From Felis catus (lineage: Eukaryota): a DNA stretch of 64,000 nucleotides. Location of the stretch: contig NC_058368.1 in assembly GCF_018350175.1 (NCBI RefSeq), positions 63,924,001 to 63,988,000 of the forward strand. The letters run 5' to 3'. Under the pieces are notes generated by a model, which was not told the DNA's origin, ran no database searches, and saw only the letters and a list, made by a program, of their open reading frames with translations. Each line of letters opens with the position of its first letter. Position 1 is the stretch's first letter. The translations under genes and the position numbers were made by a program. Of this stretch, positions 52,661 through 64,000 are shown in pieces.

Positions 52661-54545
52661 TCCCTTGCATTTTAATATATATCATCTATATATACATTCT
52701 CAAGTAACAGTTTTGGTTTTTTTTAAACATGTGTCTTACTGTATATATTATTTTGTGGCTGACCTCTAATGCTTAGTATTTGTAAGATCCATCTATTTTA
52801 ATATGTGCATCTGTAATTTATTCATTTTAATTGCTGAATATTTTATGACTGTCACACAATTTATTGATCTGTTGGCATGGTGTTGGACATTGGGCGTTTC
52901 CATGTTGGGGCTCTGAAGAACAATGCTGTCAGTAGCTGTCTTATATGTATATACTGTTGTACGTGTGTACGTTTCTCTACAGTATATACTGAGAAGTGAA
53001 ATTGCTGGTCGTAAGTTCTTTTGCGCTCTGAAATTTGCAAGGTAATTCTATATGGTGTTACAATATCGTTGTACCAACTTCTGCTCCAACCAGCAGAAAT
53101 GAGACTCCTGTTGCCACACCTTTACCAATACATAGTGTTGTCAGACTTTAAAATTTTCTGCTCTCTCAGTGAGTTAGTGATATCTTGTTTTAATTTACAT
53201 TTCCCTCATTTCTAATGGTCATTGACGATTTTAGTGTCCTCTTTGTAAGTGACCATTTATTAAGATCTCGTCTTTTTATTAATGCTTGTAGGAGTTTTGT
53301 TGTTTTTGTTTTTCTAGCCTCTCTTTAATTATACTTTAAAAAATATTTTCTTCTATACTTTGGTTTGTACTTACCATTGTCTTCATGGTGAACTTTGATG
53401 CACAGAAGTTCTTGATTTTCATATCATAGAATTTATTCCAGGAAATAAAGATGGGCTCTTATGAAATTTTCTCAAAGTATAGTGGATATGTATTTCCCAT
53501 AGAAATGCACCTAGACCCAAGTGCACCTAGACCCAATGCACCTAGACCTAGGCCCCAGAGGGCCATATAAGTCCTGTTTGTTTTATTTTCTACTTAAATG
53601 TATTCCACTACTCGACTCCAAACTATTTTCTGTTTAGCTTGCTTTTCTCCATTACTCTACATTGTTAAAGATCTCATTTATCAAACATCCATAAAAAATG
53701 GGTCTGTTTCTGAGGTGTTTTATTCCATTCCATTGGTCTGAGTGCCTATCCTTGTGTGAATATCGTAGTTTGTTAATTATTAGATCATTATAGTAAGTTC
53801 TGTATGTCTGGTTGAAACTAGTTTTTTTCAACAGTGTTTCAGAGCTTATAATTTTGTATATATTTTAGAAGTAGCTTGTCAAATACTGCCAAATTTAATG
53901 GGATTGTGAGTGGGTTTACACTGCATTAAATTCTCTACAATATTTCAACTTCCAAGCAGTGAACATGGTGTATGTCTTGATTAGTTAACCCCTTTTAATT
54001 TCTTTAATGTTGCACAATAAATTTTCATAATTTTCTTGGATGATGTCTTTCACATTTGTTTATAGTTATTCCTAGAATATCTAAATTAATACTGATAGAT
54101 GCTATTGTAATTTAATAAAAATTTGTTTTCCTACTGTTGCTAGTGAATAGGAATGTAATATGTCTTGTATGCCAATTTTCTATCCAGTAACTTTGTAGTA
54201 CTACTTAATTAATTCTAGAAATTATCTAAAGTTCTTTTGTATATAATACTATTAGTTGGGAAAAGATAGGGTTTTTTTTTTTCACTTCCTTTCCATCCTT
54301 ATACATTCTATTTATTGTTCTTGTCTTGTCGCATTGTCTAAAATGTCCCCCAATGTTGAAAAAATTAGAGATAATGGTTTTTCTTGTCTTGATTCCAAAA
54401 TTACAGTGATAGTTTGGTTATTCACCAATGAACTTTTTTGTAACTTTTGTAAATCTTAAGTCAGATAAGGAAAGTTACCTTCAATTCTTATTTTGCTAAG
54501 AATTTTTATAACGAATGGGTATTAAATTTTATTAAATGGACTTTC

Positions 54546-54836
54546 CTTTTCAAATAGAAGTACAGTTGACATGCAATGTTATATTCATTTCAAAAGTACA
54601 ACTTAATGCTTTGACAATTCCATACAATGAGCTCTACTCACCAGAATAAGAGTAGTTACCATGTATCACTATACAATACTATTAGAGTATTATTGACTAT
54701 GTTTCCCATGCTGTGCTTGTCATCCTGTGACTTATTTATTTTATAATTGGAAGTTTATACCTCTTAATCACCTTCACCTATTTTGCCCATCCCTTCAACC
54801 TTGTCCCCTCCGGCAACCACCAGTTTATTCTCTGTA
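54546..54836 (-). mobile_element. Carnivore L1 3'UTR insertion
   Basis: Flanked by taaatgga(c/t)tttc direct repeats. Confidence 0.85.
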
Positions 54837-54854
54837 TAAATGGATTTTCTTTTT

Positions 54855-57058
54855 AAACTATTTTTAAATTTTTAACATTTTAATTGCAGTCAACATACAG
54901 TGTTATATAGTTTTAGATGTACAACAGATGTAGTGATTCAACACTTCCATACATCACCAGGTGCTCATCACAACAAGTGCCCTCCTTAATTCTCCTTACC
55001 TATTCAACCCATCCCTCCCACATATCCCCTCTGGTAACCATCAGTTTGTTCTCTGTAGTTAAGAGTCTGTTTCTTGGTTTGTGTCTCTCTCCCTTTTTTT
55101 TCTCTTTGCTCATTGGTTTTGTTTTTTAAATTCCACATATGAGGGAAATCATATGGTATTTGTCTTTCTCTTATTTTGCAAAGCATTACACTCTCTAGCC
55201 CCATCCATGTGGTTGCAAATGGCAAGGTTTCGTTCTTTTTTATGGCTGAGTAATATTCCTGGGTGCACCCACACACAATCTCTTCTTTTTTTATTTTATT
55301 TTATTTTATTTTTTTATTTTTTTTAATTTAATTTACTTTAATTTTTTTTCAATATATGAAATTTATTGTCAAAATGGTTTCCATACAACACCCAGTGCTC
55401 ATCCCAAAAGGTGCCCTCCCCAATATCCATCACCCACCCTCTCCTCCCTCCCTCCCCCCATCAACCCTCAGTTTGTTCTCAGTTTTTAAGAGTCTCTCAT
55501 GCTTTGGCTCTCTTCCACTCTAACCTCTTTTTTTTTTCCTTCCCCTCCCCCATGGGTTTCTGTCAAGTTTCTCAGGATCCACATAAGAGTGAAAACATAT
55601 GGTATCTGTCTTTCTCTGTATGGCTTATTTCACTTAGCATCACACTCTCCAGTTCCATGTACGTTGCTACAAAGGGCCATATTTCGTTCTTTCTCATTGC
55701 CCTGTAGTACTCCATTGCACACACAATCTCTTCTTTATCCATTCATCAATCAGTGGACACTTGGGCTGCTTCCATATTTCGGATATTGTAAATAATGCTG
55801 CTCTAAACATAGGGTGCATGTATCCCCTTAAATTAGTGTTTTTGCATTCTTTGGGTAAATACTCAGTCGTGTGATTGCTGGGTCATAGGGTACTTCTATT
55901 TGTAACTTTTTGAAGAACCTGCATACTGTTTTCCACAGTGGCTGCACCAGTTTGTGTTCCTACCAACAGTGCCTGAGGGTTCTTTTTTCTTCACATCCTT
56001 TCCAACACCTGTTGTTTCTTGTGGTATTGATATTTGCCATTCTGACAGATGTGGGGTGTTGTCACATTTGTAGTTTTGATTTGCATTTCCTTGATGGTAA
56101 GTGATGATGAGCATCTTTTCGTGTGTCTGCTGGCCATTTGGAGAAATATCTGTCCATGTTTTCTGCACATTTTTTAAATACAATTATTTGTTTTTTGAGT
56201 ATAAAGTTGTAGAAAAATAGTTTATTTTTGCTTTGTTGTCCCTTGCCTCAGGTGGCAAACATATCTAGAAAGAAGTTGCTATGGCCAATGTCAGAGAAGT
56301 CTCCCCCTGTGCTCTCTTCTAGGATTCTTACAGTTTCATGTCTCACATTTAGGTCATTAATCCATTTTGAATTTATTTTTGTGTACAGTATAAGAAAGTG
56401 GTCCAGTTTCATTCTTTTGTATGTTGCTGTCCAGTTTTCCCAATATCCTTTGTAGAAGAGACTGTCCTTTTCCCTTTGGTTACTCTTGCCTACTTTGTCA
56501 AAGATGAGTTAATGGTATAGTTGTGGGTTCATTTCTGGGTTTTCTATTCTGTTCTATCAATCTATGTGTCTTTTTTTTGTGCCATACAATACTGTTTTAT
56601 CACTGCAGCTTTGTAATACGGCTTGAAGTCCGGAATTGTGATGCCTCCAGCTTTGCTTTTCTTTTTCAAGATTGCTTTAGCTATTTAGGGTGTATTGTGG
56701 TTCCATACAAATTTTAGGACTCTGTGAAATATACTGTTAATATTTTGATAGGGATTGTATTGAATGTGTGGATTGTTTTGGGTAGTAATGACATTTTAAC
56801 AATATTTGTTCTTCCAATCCATGAGCATGGAATGTCTTTCCATTCTTTGTGGCTTCAGTTTCTTTTATCCGTGTTTATAGTTTTCAGAGTACAGGTCTCT
56901 CACCACCTCTTTGGTTAGGGTTATTCCTAGGTATTTTACTATTTTTGGTGTAATTGTATATGGGATTGTTTTCTTAGTTACTCTTTTTGCTGCTTCATTA
57001 TTAGTGTGGAATTGCAATAGATTTCTGTGCATTGATTTTGTATCCTGTGAATTACTAT
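54855..57058 (-). mobile_element. Carnivore L1, 5'-truncated (ORF2 3' part + 3'UTR)
   Basis: ORF 55004-55276(-) [18 protein letters not shown]; continuous antisense ORF2-like sequence to ~57055. Confidence 0.93.
55289..55717 (-). mobile_element. Younger felid L1 3' end nested in the previous L1
   Basis: Poly-T tail; perfect 19-bp TSD cacacacaatctcttcttt at 55270-55288 and 55718-55736. Confidence 0.93.
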
Positions 57059-58229
57059 AAAAGGATTTTCTTCATGTATTATGATCATGTGATTTCTTCT
57101 AATCCGTCAATATAATTAATTATACTAAATGGTTAATGCTAGCTACTTTTTATTCCTAGAATAAACCTAACTTAGGCATTACATATAATCCCTTTTGAAC
57201 GTTGCTGAAATCAATTTGTTAATATGTTTATGGAACTTTTGCATTTGTGGCTATGAATGGGACTGCCTTGAGGTTTTTAAATATGCCAAAAATTGGAATT
57301 AAAGTAGAAACAAGTTGCAATGTGTTATATACATGCAAAATAGAAAATGTTTCTTTAATTGTGAAATTCTCTATTTTTCCTAGTAAATAAAAATTGTTTT
57401 TATGTGAAATTTTAATACTACCTTGTAATTCTAAAGATTTATATCACCTGCCTCACTGACAGTGGTCAAAGTATGGTAAAGCTTAATACTTTCTTTCTTA
57501 ACTCATACAGAACTTACCTGTTTTCTATATGTAGGGCTTCAGAGGACAGTGAAGCCAATTAAATTCCATTCTCCTCTACTTTTCCAAAAACAAAGATTCA
57601 GTTAAAATTCATTGGCATCTAAATTTATTGTCTTTCCATCTTCTCCTGACAAATGAATCAGGGACTCCAGTGTTACAGAACGGCTCAAGTTGATGACTGA
57701 CGGCTCGCAGTTGGCTTTGACATGAGTGACTTCTAATGTTGGGATGTCTGAGACTACACGCTTGGCCTTCACTCTTGGTCTGAGAAAGACATGTTTGAAA
57801 TCCCACTCTGTTCCACCAATTCAGTTACACTTGTACTCGGCAGTGTGGACAGAGCTCTGGCAGAGAACTGATTTTTCCCAAGAAAGTCTAAAAGCACAAA
57901 AGCAATGTAAGATAAAACCTTTCCTCTTAAGAATACTAAAGATGTACTGGAGATAAATGATACCTATGTGAAACATTTTTAACGTGATGTAAAATAGTAT
58001 GTGATCTCTTTCCAAAACAGATGAGATAGCAAACAAATATTTTAGAGTTCAGAAAAGTGAAAGATTAGGTATAAGTGGTAGGATGTGAACTAGGATTTGT
58101 TGGATTTGTCTGAGAAGATAGATAAAAGAAGACAGTAGAGGTTGGAGGGTTTGCTATAAATAACATTCCCTGTTATCCTCTCATTGTAAATTTTATGAAT
58201 CTTCAAAGGCAGACTATATTCAATAACTG

Positions 58230-58450
58230 ATATGTTAAATGATTGCTATTATCTCAGCCCTGTTCCAGCCTTTACATGTATTATCTCATTTAATCTTTGG
58301 AGAAACCCTGCAAAATAGCACTTACAGATGAAGAAGCTGAGGAACAGAGATCTCAAGGAAACTTGACAAAGGTCAGGCAAGTGCTGAGGGATAACAGAGA
58401 GTTGACCCAGGCATCTACTGAAATTCTGATGCTTTAAACTGTCATTATAT
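58230..58450 (-). mobile_element. MIR
   Basis: tttacatgtattatctcatttaatc...ttacagatgaagaagctgagg. Confidence 0.8.
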
Positions 58451-58622
58451 TCCTGCTATGTGGTGATTATGAAAAAGAGAAGTGTGTTGTTGAAGGAGAA
58501 TGAAAATGATAATCACAGATACCTCAAACCTAGAATGTTTCCACACTCACTCTATCAAAATCACCTGATAATGACCTTAAGACTTGGTAGCTCTATTATT
58601 AGTTTTAGAAACTTGTTAAGAT

Positions 58623-58624
<2 letters not shown>

Positions 58625-58702
<78 letters not shown>

Positions 58703-58712
58703 ATGTGTGTGT
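58625..58712. repeat. (TA)n(TG)n microsatellite
   Basis: Seen directly. Confidence 0.97.
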
Positions 58713-60550
58713 ATTAATTGAAGTATAGTTTTCAACTTAATATTTTTCTGTGCCCATGAGGTTTGCTTAGAGTCCTTAACAGTTATCTAAATGTTTAGAT
58801 TCTGATATCTGCTTAACCTATGTAGAGATTGGAGTCTGTTTGTAAGGAGATAATGGGATAAAGCTAAGAAGGAAAATGATAAAATGGCAAACTATATGTT
58901 AATGGAAGTAGCACTTAATCCAGGTTTTGAACTGCTGAAGGATGAAGAAGTGAGAACTAAAGGAATGTGTCCTATCACTCAGTCCTTCCCATGTGTGTTG
59001 TGAGAAGTTTAACATATTATGCCACTAACCCTCAAACTACCATTACATGAGAAAGAGCTACCATGTAGACCCCTGCGATCTAGATGTTCACTCACCATAG
59101 CCCTTACGTGTGTGTAAAAATCACATCATTAACAAAATGTGTCCTTTTTGCTTAATGTTCCATAGATACAAATTACAACTCAGTAGACCTTCATGGCCAA
59201 TCCTAAATTAGAGTACAGTAACCAAAAGGAATTAAGAAATTACATGGATGCCCCCATTTAAACTCAAATAATTAAGTTTTATCCTCAGATGTTAGATGCA
59301 GAGCTGAGACCAGAACTGGCTTCTTCTCACTCCAGATCCATGATGTATCTTTTTTTTTTTTTCTACTTTCTGCAAGTTGAGATGGATGGTTCATTTTGAT
59401 CCCTAATCTTTTATTAAATTCTTAGGAATTATGACCCAAACTGTACAAAGTATCATAAGTTGCCTAAAACAAATCTGCAGTGTAAGAGTCCTCCTGAGTA
59501 GAATCCAGTGTCCTAACACTCTTTGCCCATTATCAATATCTATAACTGTCAGTATCCCCCTTATTTGATTGCTGTTTCATTTCCAAAGATTGTTGGATCA
59601 ATCTTTCAATATTTCCAGAACCAATGTTTACAATCTTACATATAATATCTGGCATTCAACCTTCTATTTCTAAGACCATTTTTCCTAGTGGCTGAACCAC
59701 TTTGAAATAATCAATACGATGTAGTATGTTCTAGTGTTCTAACTGAGACTATTCTTTGGGACCACCTGGAATCATGGGCTAGGAGAGAGTGCATTGGCTA
59801 GGTAAAACGGTAAGTGTTCAGCTATTATTTAATAAAATCAATGCAGTTAAAACCTTCAGGGAAGGGGTAAGACCGTATAAGTCTAATTCACTCTTCTCCA
59901 TGCCTAAAACAGTATAATGCATGGTTATGTGCCATGTGAAAGGTTTCTGAAGAACATAAAATTAGGTTTGGAACCAATCCAATACAAATGAAATAAATGG
60001 ATACAAAGAAAGAAATATCAAGTTTTAATTGAATTATGTTGTCGTGAAGTATTGAAGGAAGGAAATTAGGACATTACGTTGAAGGAGGGACAAGGAGAAA
60101 GGACTGACAGGAACTTTCAGAAAGCATTTAAACACCAGACAGCATTTTAATTATAAGAGTATTATGAGACTCAGTACTTGTCATAGATTCATAGCAGTCT
60201 AATTTTGTCATGTGGGAAAGAGAAATGTGTTAGAGGAAGTTTCTAATAGTATCTGAGATACTTAGTAGTTTGTGTTGTTACATAAGTTACTTCAAGTCTT
60301 CTAAATTTTAGTTTCATTATCTCTAAAAATAGAGGACCTATTTACTGTACAGAGTGCTGTGAAAATAAAATACAGTAACATATTTTAAAATGCCCTGCTC
60401 AGTGTTAAAGACATAGTCCATCTCCAATAAATGTTCATTTCTTTTCTCCTTCCCATGGTGTATTATTGCGATTATTTATCCAGCTGTGACAGATCAAGTC
60501 TGGTATAAATATACCATGACCATACGTTTTTAAAATTCTTTTGCAAAAGA

Positions 60551-60755
60551 GGGGCGCCTGGGTAGTTCAGTCAGTTAAGTGTCCAACTCTTGATTTTGAC
60601 TCAGGTCATGATCTCATGGTTCATGAGTTTGAGCCCTGCACCGGACTCTGTGCTGACAGTGCAGAGCCTGGTTGGGATTCTCTCTCTCCGTCTGTCTCTG
60701 CCCCTTCCCCACTTGCTCACTCTCAGAATAAATAAATACACTTAAAATTATTTTA
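60551..60755 (+). mobile_element. SINEC
   Basis: TSD aaatt(c/a)ttttgcaa. Confidence 0.94.
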
Positions 60756-63214
60756 AATTATTTTGCAAGAAGGTTAGCTCCTTAGTATCTGGTAATAAAA
60801 CTATATTTAATAGTTATTTTAAAATCTAATATCTATTAAGCTCTTTCTGTATATATCAGATAGTCTGCACAACACATGTAATTCTCACAATGTTATTTTA
60901 TGTTACCTGCTTTTGTAGATTTGATCATTACGTATAGGGAATTGGTGAAGGGGAGGGACTAAAAATAGTTTGTCTGATTCTGAAGCCCATGACCTTAACC
61001 ACTGAATCATACTGCTCAATTGGTACTCGTCAGTGGTGTTACATTTTCAAATTGTAGTTGTCAGATGTATTTGTTTGAAGGGTTTGGGGGGCGGGGAGAA
61101 TGAGTAGCAAGAGAGTGTGATATAGCTGTGATTTATTTCACTCTGTTTCTAACTGTTTGAACTTGCCTAAACAATATTTTCAGTCTTATTTCCTGCAATA
61201 TAAAATGGGATAAATATGCTTATTTCCAATGTTATTTTAGGACTAAATGAAATTAGATGTTTGTGCATTGTGTCAAAACACTTGTGCATGTATAGTGTAT
61301 AGCATAGCACTACTCCTGACAGAGTAAGAAAGAGAGAAAAAGAGTTGCTAGTTTTTATAGAGTGAAAATATTTGAATCGTGATGCCTTATGATGACTGAA
61401 ATAAAAACTGAAGCACTTGGTTTGAATTCCAGTAATAGCAAAGCTGAGGCTAAAACTTATGAACTCTGGGGAAAATATAAACATAGCTATTTGAAGGCAT
61501 AGGAAAATGATCAAAAGGAAGCAGAGACTAGAAGGGATTTTCCCCTTAAAGGAAGAGAATTGTGTGGGGTGAGATTCATATATATAAGGCTTTTGTCAGA
61601 AAGCACTACCAGTTCACAGGGCATCAGGAGGCTAGAACTCAAACCAAAAGCCAGACTTAGTGGCTTGAAGAGTCAGATGACAGAGTTTTATTCTGTAAGA
61701 CATGCCTGGAACTGAGAGGGGAGTCAAACAAGGGAGGGAACCACAGAGGGAGCAAACCTCAAATCTGCATGTAAACTCTTCTCAAATCTTTGGCTCTCTC
61801 TTGAACTATGCTTACATGAGGGAGGCTACAAGCATCCCAGTGCAACAACAGCTGAAGGTTTAAAGAACTGAGTAGTGAGCTTAGCTGCTGTCCATCACAA
61901 GGGACACTGAGCTTAAAATCAGTCCAGCCAAGCTGACTGCTTGCCATAACGAAAAACAATGTTCTTCAGGGGAATATAACAGAATCCAGAGTTTATAATA
62001 TATTTATGAAGTTTAGTTAAAATAACAAAAATTTATTTATGTGCAAAGAAATATGAAAAATAATACCTAGAGTCAAGAGAAAAGACAGGTCATATTAAGC
62101 AAACTGTAAAGTCTAGATGTCCCCATGTGGCACGTGGCAGATAAGGACTTTAAGGTAGCTATAGTACATATGTTCAAGCACTTAGAGGAAAATATGTTTA
62201 TATTGAGAGAGCTGATGTGAAACTGATATATGCGTGTGTGTATATATATGTACATATATATCTATAGATACATGTATGTATAGATATATATGTACATATA
62301 TGCATATATGTAAATACATATACATACATATATCTATAGATATAGATATACATATATATGTACATATATATACACATATACATCACTAACTTGTTTTATA
62401 AAAATGAGAAATTACTTCAAATCAAAAATTTAAATGGAAATATGAATGACATAGAATAACAAAAACAATATTAAAAGTGATGCCTATGATTGAAGGACTT
62501 ACACAGCGTGACATCAAAATCGAAATTAAAGCTACAATATTCATGAAACAATGGAATTGGCATGAAAATGGATAAATAGCTTGCTGAAACAAAAGAGTAA
62601 GATCAAATAATTTTTAACAAAGTTGCCAAAGTAGTTCAGTTGGTAAAGGAAAGCATGGTCAACAAAGAGTTTTAAAACACTGTTCAACTGAATGTATTAT
62701 TTGTGTGTGCATATGTATGTGTCACACAATACACAAAAATCAATTCATTATGGATAACACTTAAACATAAAAACCTACAATTCATGGCTTTTAAAAATAT
62801 GCATATGTATAGATGAGGACGGATAGACACATACACATATTTTCTAGCTCTGTTGAGAATACCTAAGGACAATATCATATCAATAGCAATTGATGTATCT
62901 GTTGCCCAGATTCTAGTTTTTAAATTATCATTCTCCAGTAAAAGTAACTAGGATTCCTTGGAGAAATAGTTCCAAAATTGTGGCAGAAAAATTACAAAAT
63001 GAGTCTAGAATGTCTTGTACTAGACACTTGATCTTAGCCAAAAGGCCAAGAAAGAATTGTCTTGTACTAGAAAGTAAAAAATTGCTGAAGAATGACAGAA
63101 ACAGACATGGTGAAAGTACTTGAGATCCAGATGGAAGAACCTCCAAATAGACAAATCTAATACAGTCTGAGTATCAGAAACAAATAGGAATGGTAAAAGA
63201 TCAAATCCATTTGA

Positions 63215-63430
63215 GGAGTGCGTGGGTGGCTCAGTTGGTTAAGCGGCTGACTTTGGCTCCGGTCATGATCTCACAGTTGTTGAGTTTGAGCCCTGTGTTG
63301 GGCTCAGTGCTGACAGCTCAGGGTCTGGAGTCTGCTTCAGATTCTGTGTCTCCCTCTCTGTCTGCTCTTCCTCTGCTCATGCTCTGTCTCTCTTTCTCAA
63401 AATTGAATAAACGTTAAAAAAAATGTTAAA
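63215..63430 (+). mobile_element. SINEC
   Basis: TSD aaatccatttga. Confidence 0.94.
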
Positions 63431-63723
63431 AAATCCATTTGATAAAATGGAAATCCATGAGTCCAAACTGATATAAATGAATAAATGAATGAATAAATAT
63501 ATGAATAAATGGAAGAGAAGGAATAGTTCTTATTTTGCAATAGAATATCAACAAATAAATGTAGAGGAAATGAAGAGATTAGAAAATCACTGTGTTGTAG
63601 TTATCACACTAATCATTGATTCAGCCAAGAATTATCAATTTGTGCTACAACTAGCAGGTTAAATTTGATGAGGAACATCATATTGGCATAGTATTAAAGC
63701 ATTTATTAATAACAAAAAGATCA

Positions 63724-63936
63724 GGGGCGCCTGGGTGGCGCAGTCGGTTAAGCGTCCGACTTCAGCCAGGTCACGATCTCGCGGTCCGTGAGTTCGAGCC
63801 CCGCGTCAGGCTCTGGGCTGATGGCTCAGAGCCTGGAGCCTGGTTCCGATTCTGTGTCTCCCTCTCTCTCTGCCCCTCCCCCATTCATGCTCTGTCTCTC
63901 TCTGTCCCAAAAAATAAATAAACGTTGAAAAAAAAT
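63724..63936 (+). mobile_element. Young SINEC_Fc
   Basis: CpG-rich; perfect 18-bp TSD ttaataacaaaaagatca. Confidence 0.97.
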
Positions 63937-64000
63937 TTAATAACAAAAAGATCAAAATAATTTTACAGTGGATAAATCCAGTGCAGCACCTCAGTCCAAT

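Larger units (their letters stand above)
52230..57270 (-). mobile_element. Old L1M relic hosting younger SINE and L1 insertions
   Basis: Degraded antisense L1 motifs throughout (gaagtgaaattgctgg, ttccattggtctg, tatccagtaactttg, ttttgctaagaattttta). Confidence 0.7.
61600..64000 (+). mobile_element. Fragmented old L1M with a TA-rich microsatellite (62226-62382) and nested SINEs
   Basis: ttggca/gataaggactttaa ORF1-region motif, aaagctaca...tggcatgaaaa ORF2 motifs, L1MC/MD-like 3'UTR. Confidence 0.6.

Noticed and set aside
57518..57645. Minus-strand segment bounded by ttgtcAG and GTAAGT
   Set aside because: Stops in all three frames; a non-coding exon cannot be supported without transcript data.

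Overview
AT-rich, repeat-dense mammalian genomic DNA, almost certainly from a felid/feliform carnivore (about 27 SINEC_Fc-type tRNA-derived SINEs and carnivore L1s). No intact host protein-coding exon was recognised; nearly all listed ORFs derive from SINEs, L1s or microsatellites. The main finding is a degraded endogenous bornavirus-like element on the minus strand at ~4625-7120. Manual translation gives collinear similarity to bornavirus glycoprotein G (with an RGKR furin-type site), then matrix M, then the N-terminus of polymerase L. G-M-L is the Carbovirus/Cultervirus gene order rather than the orthobornavirus M-G-L order. The homology calls rest on by-eye comparison with Borna disease virus 1 (BoDV-1) proteins recalled from memory and need tBLASTn/HMM confirmation. 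The rest of the window holds nested L1s, L2/MIR, MLT LTRs, DNA transposon remnants and short tandem repeats.
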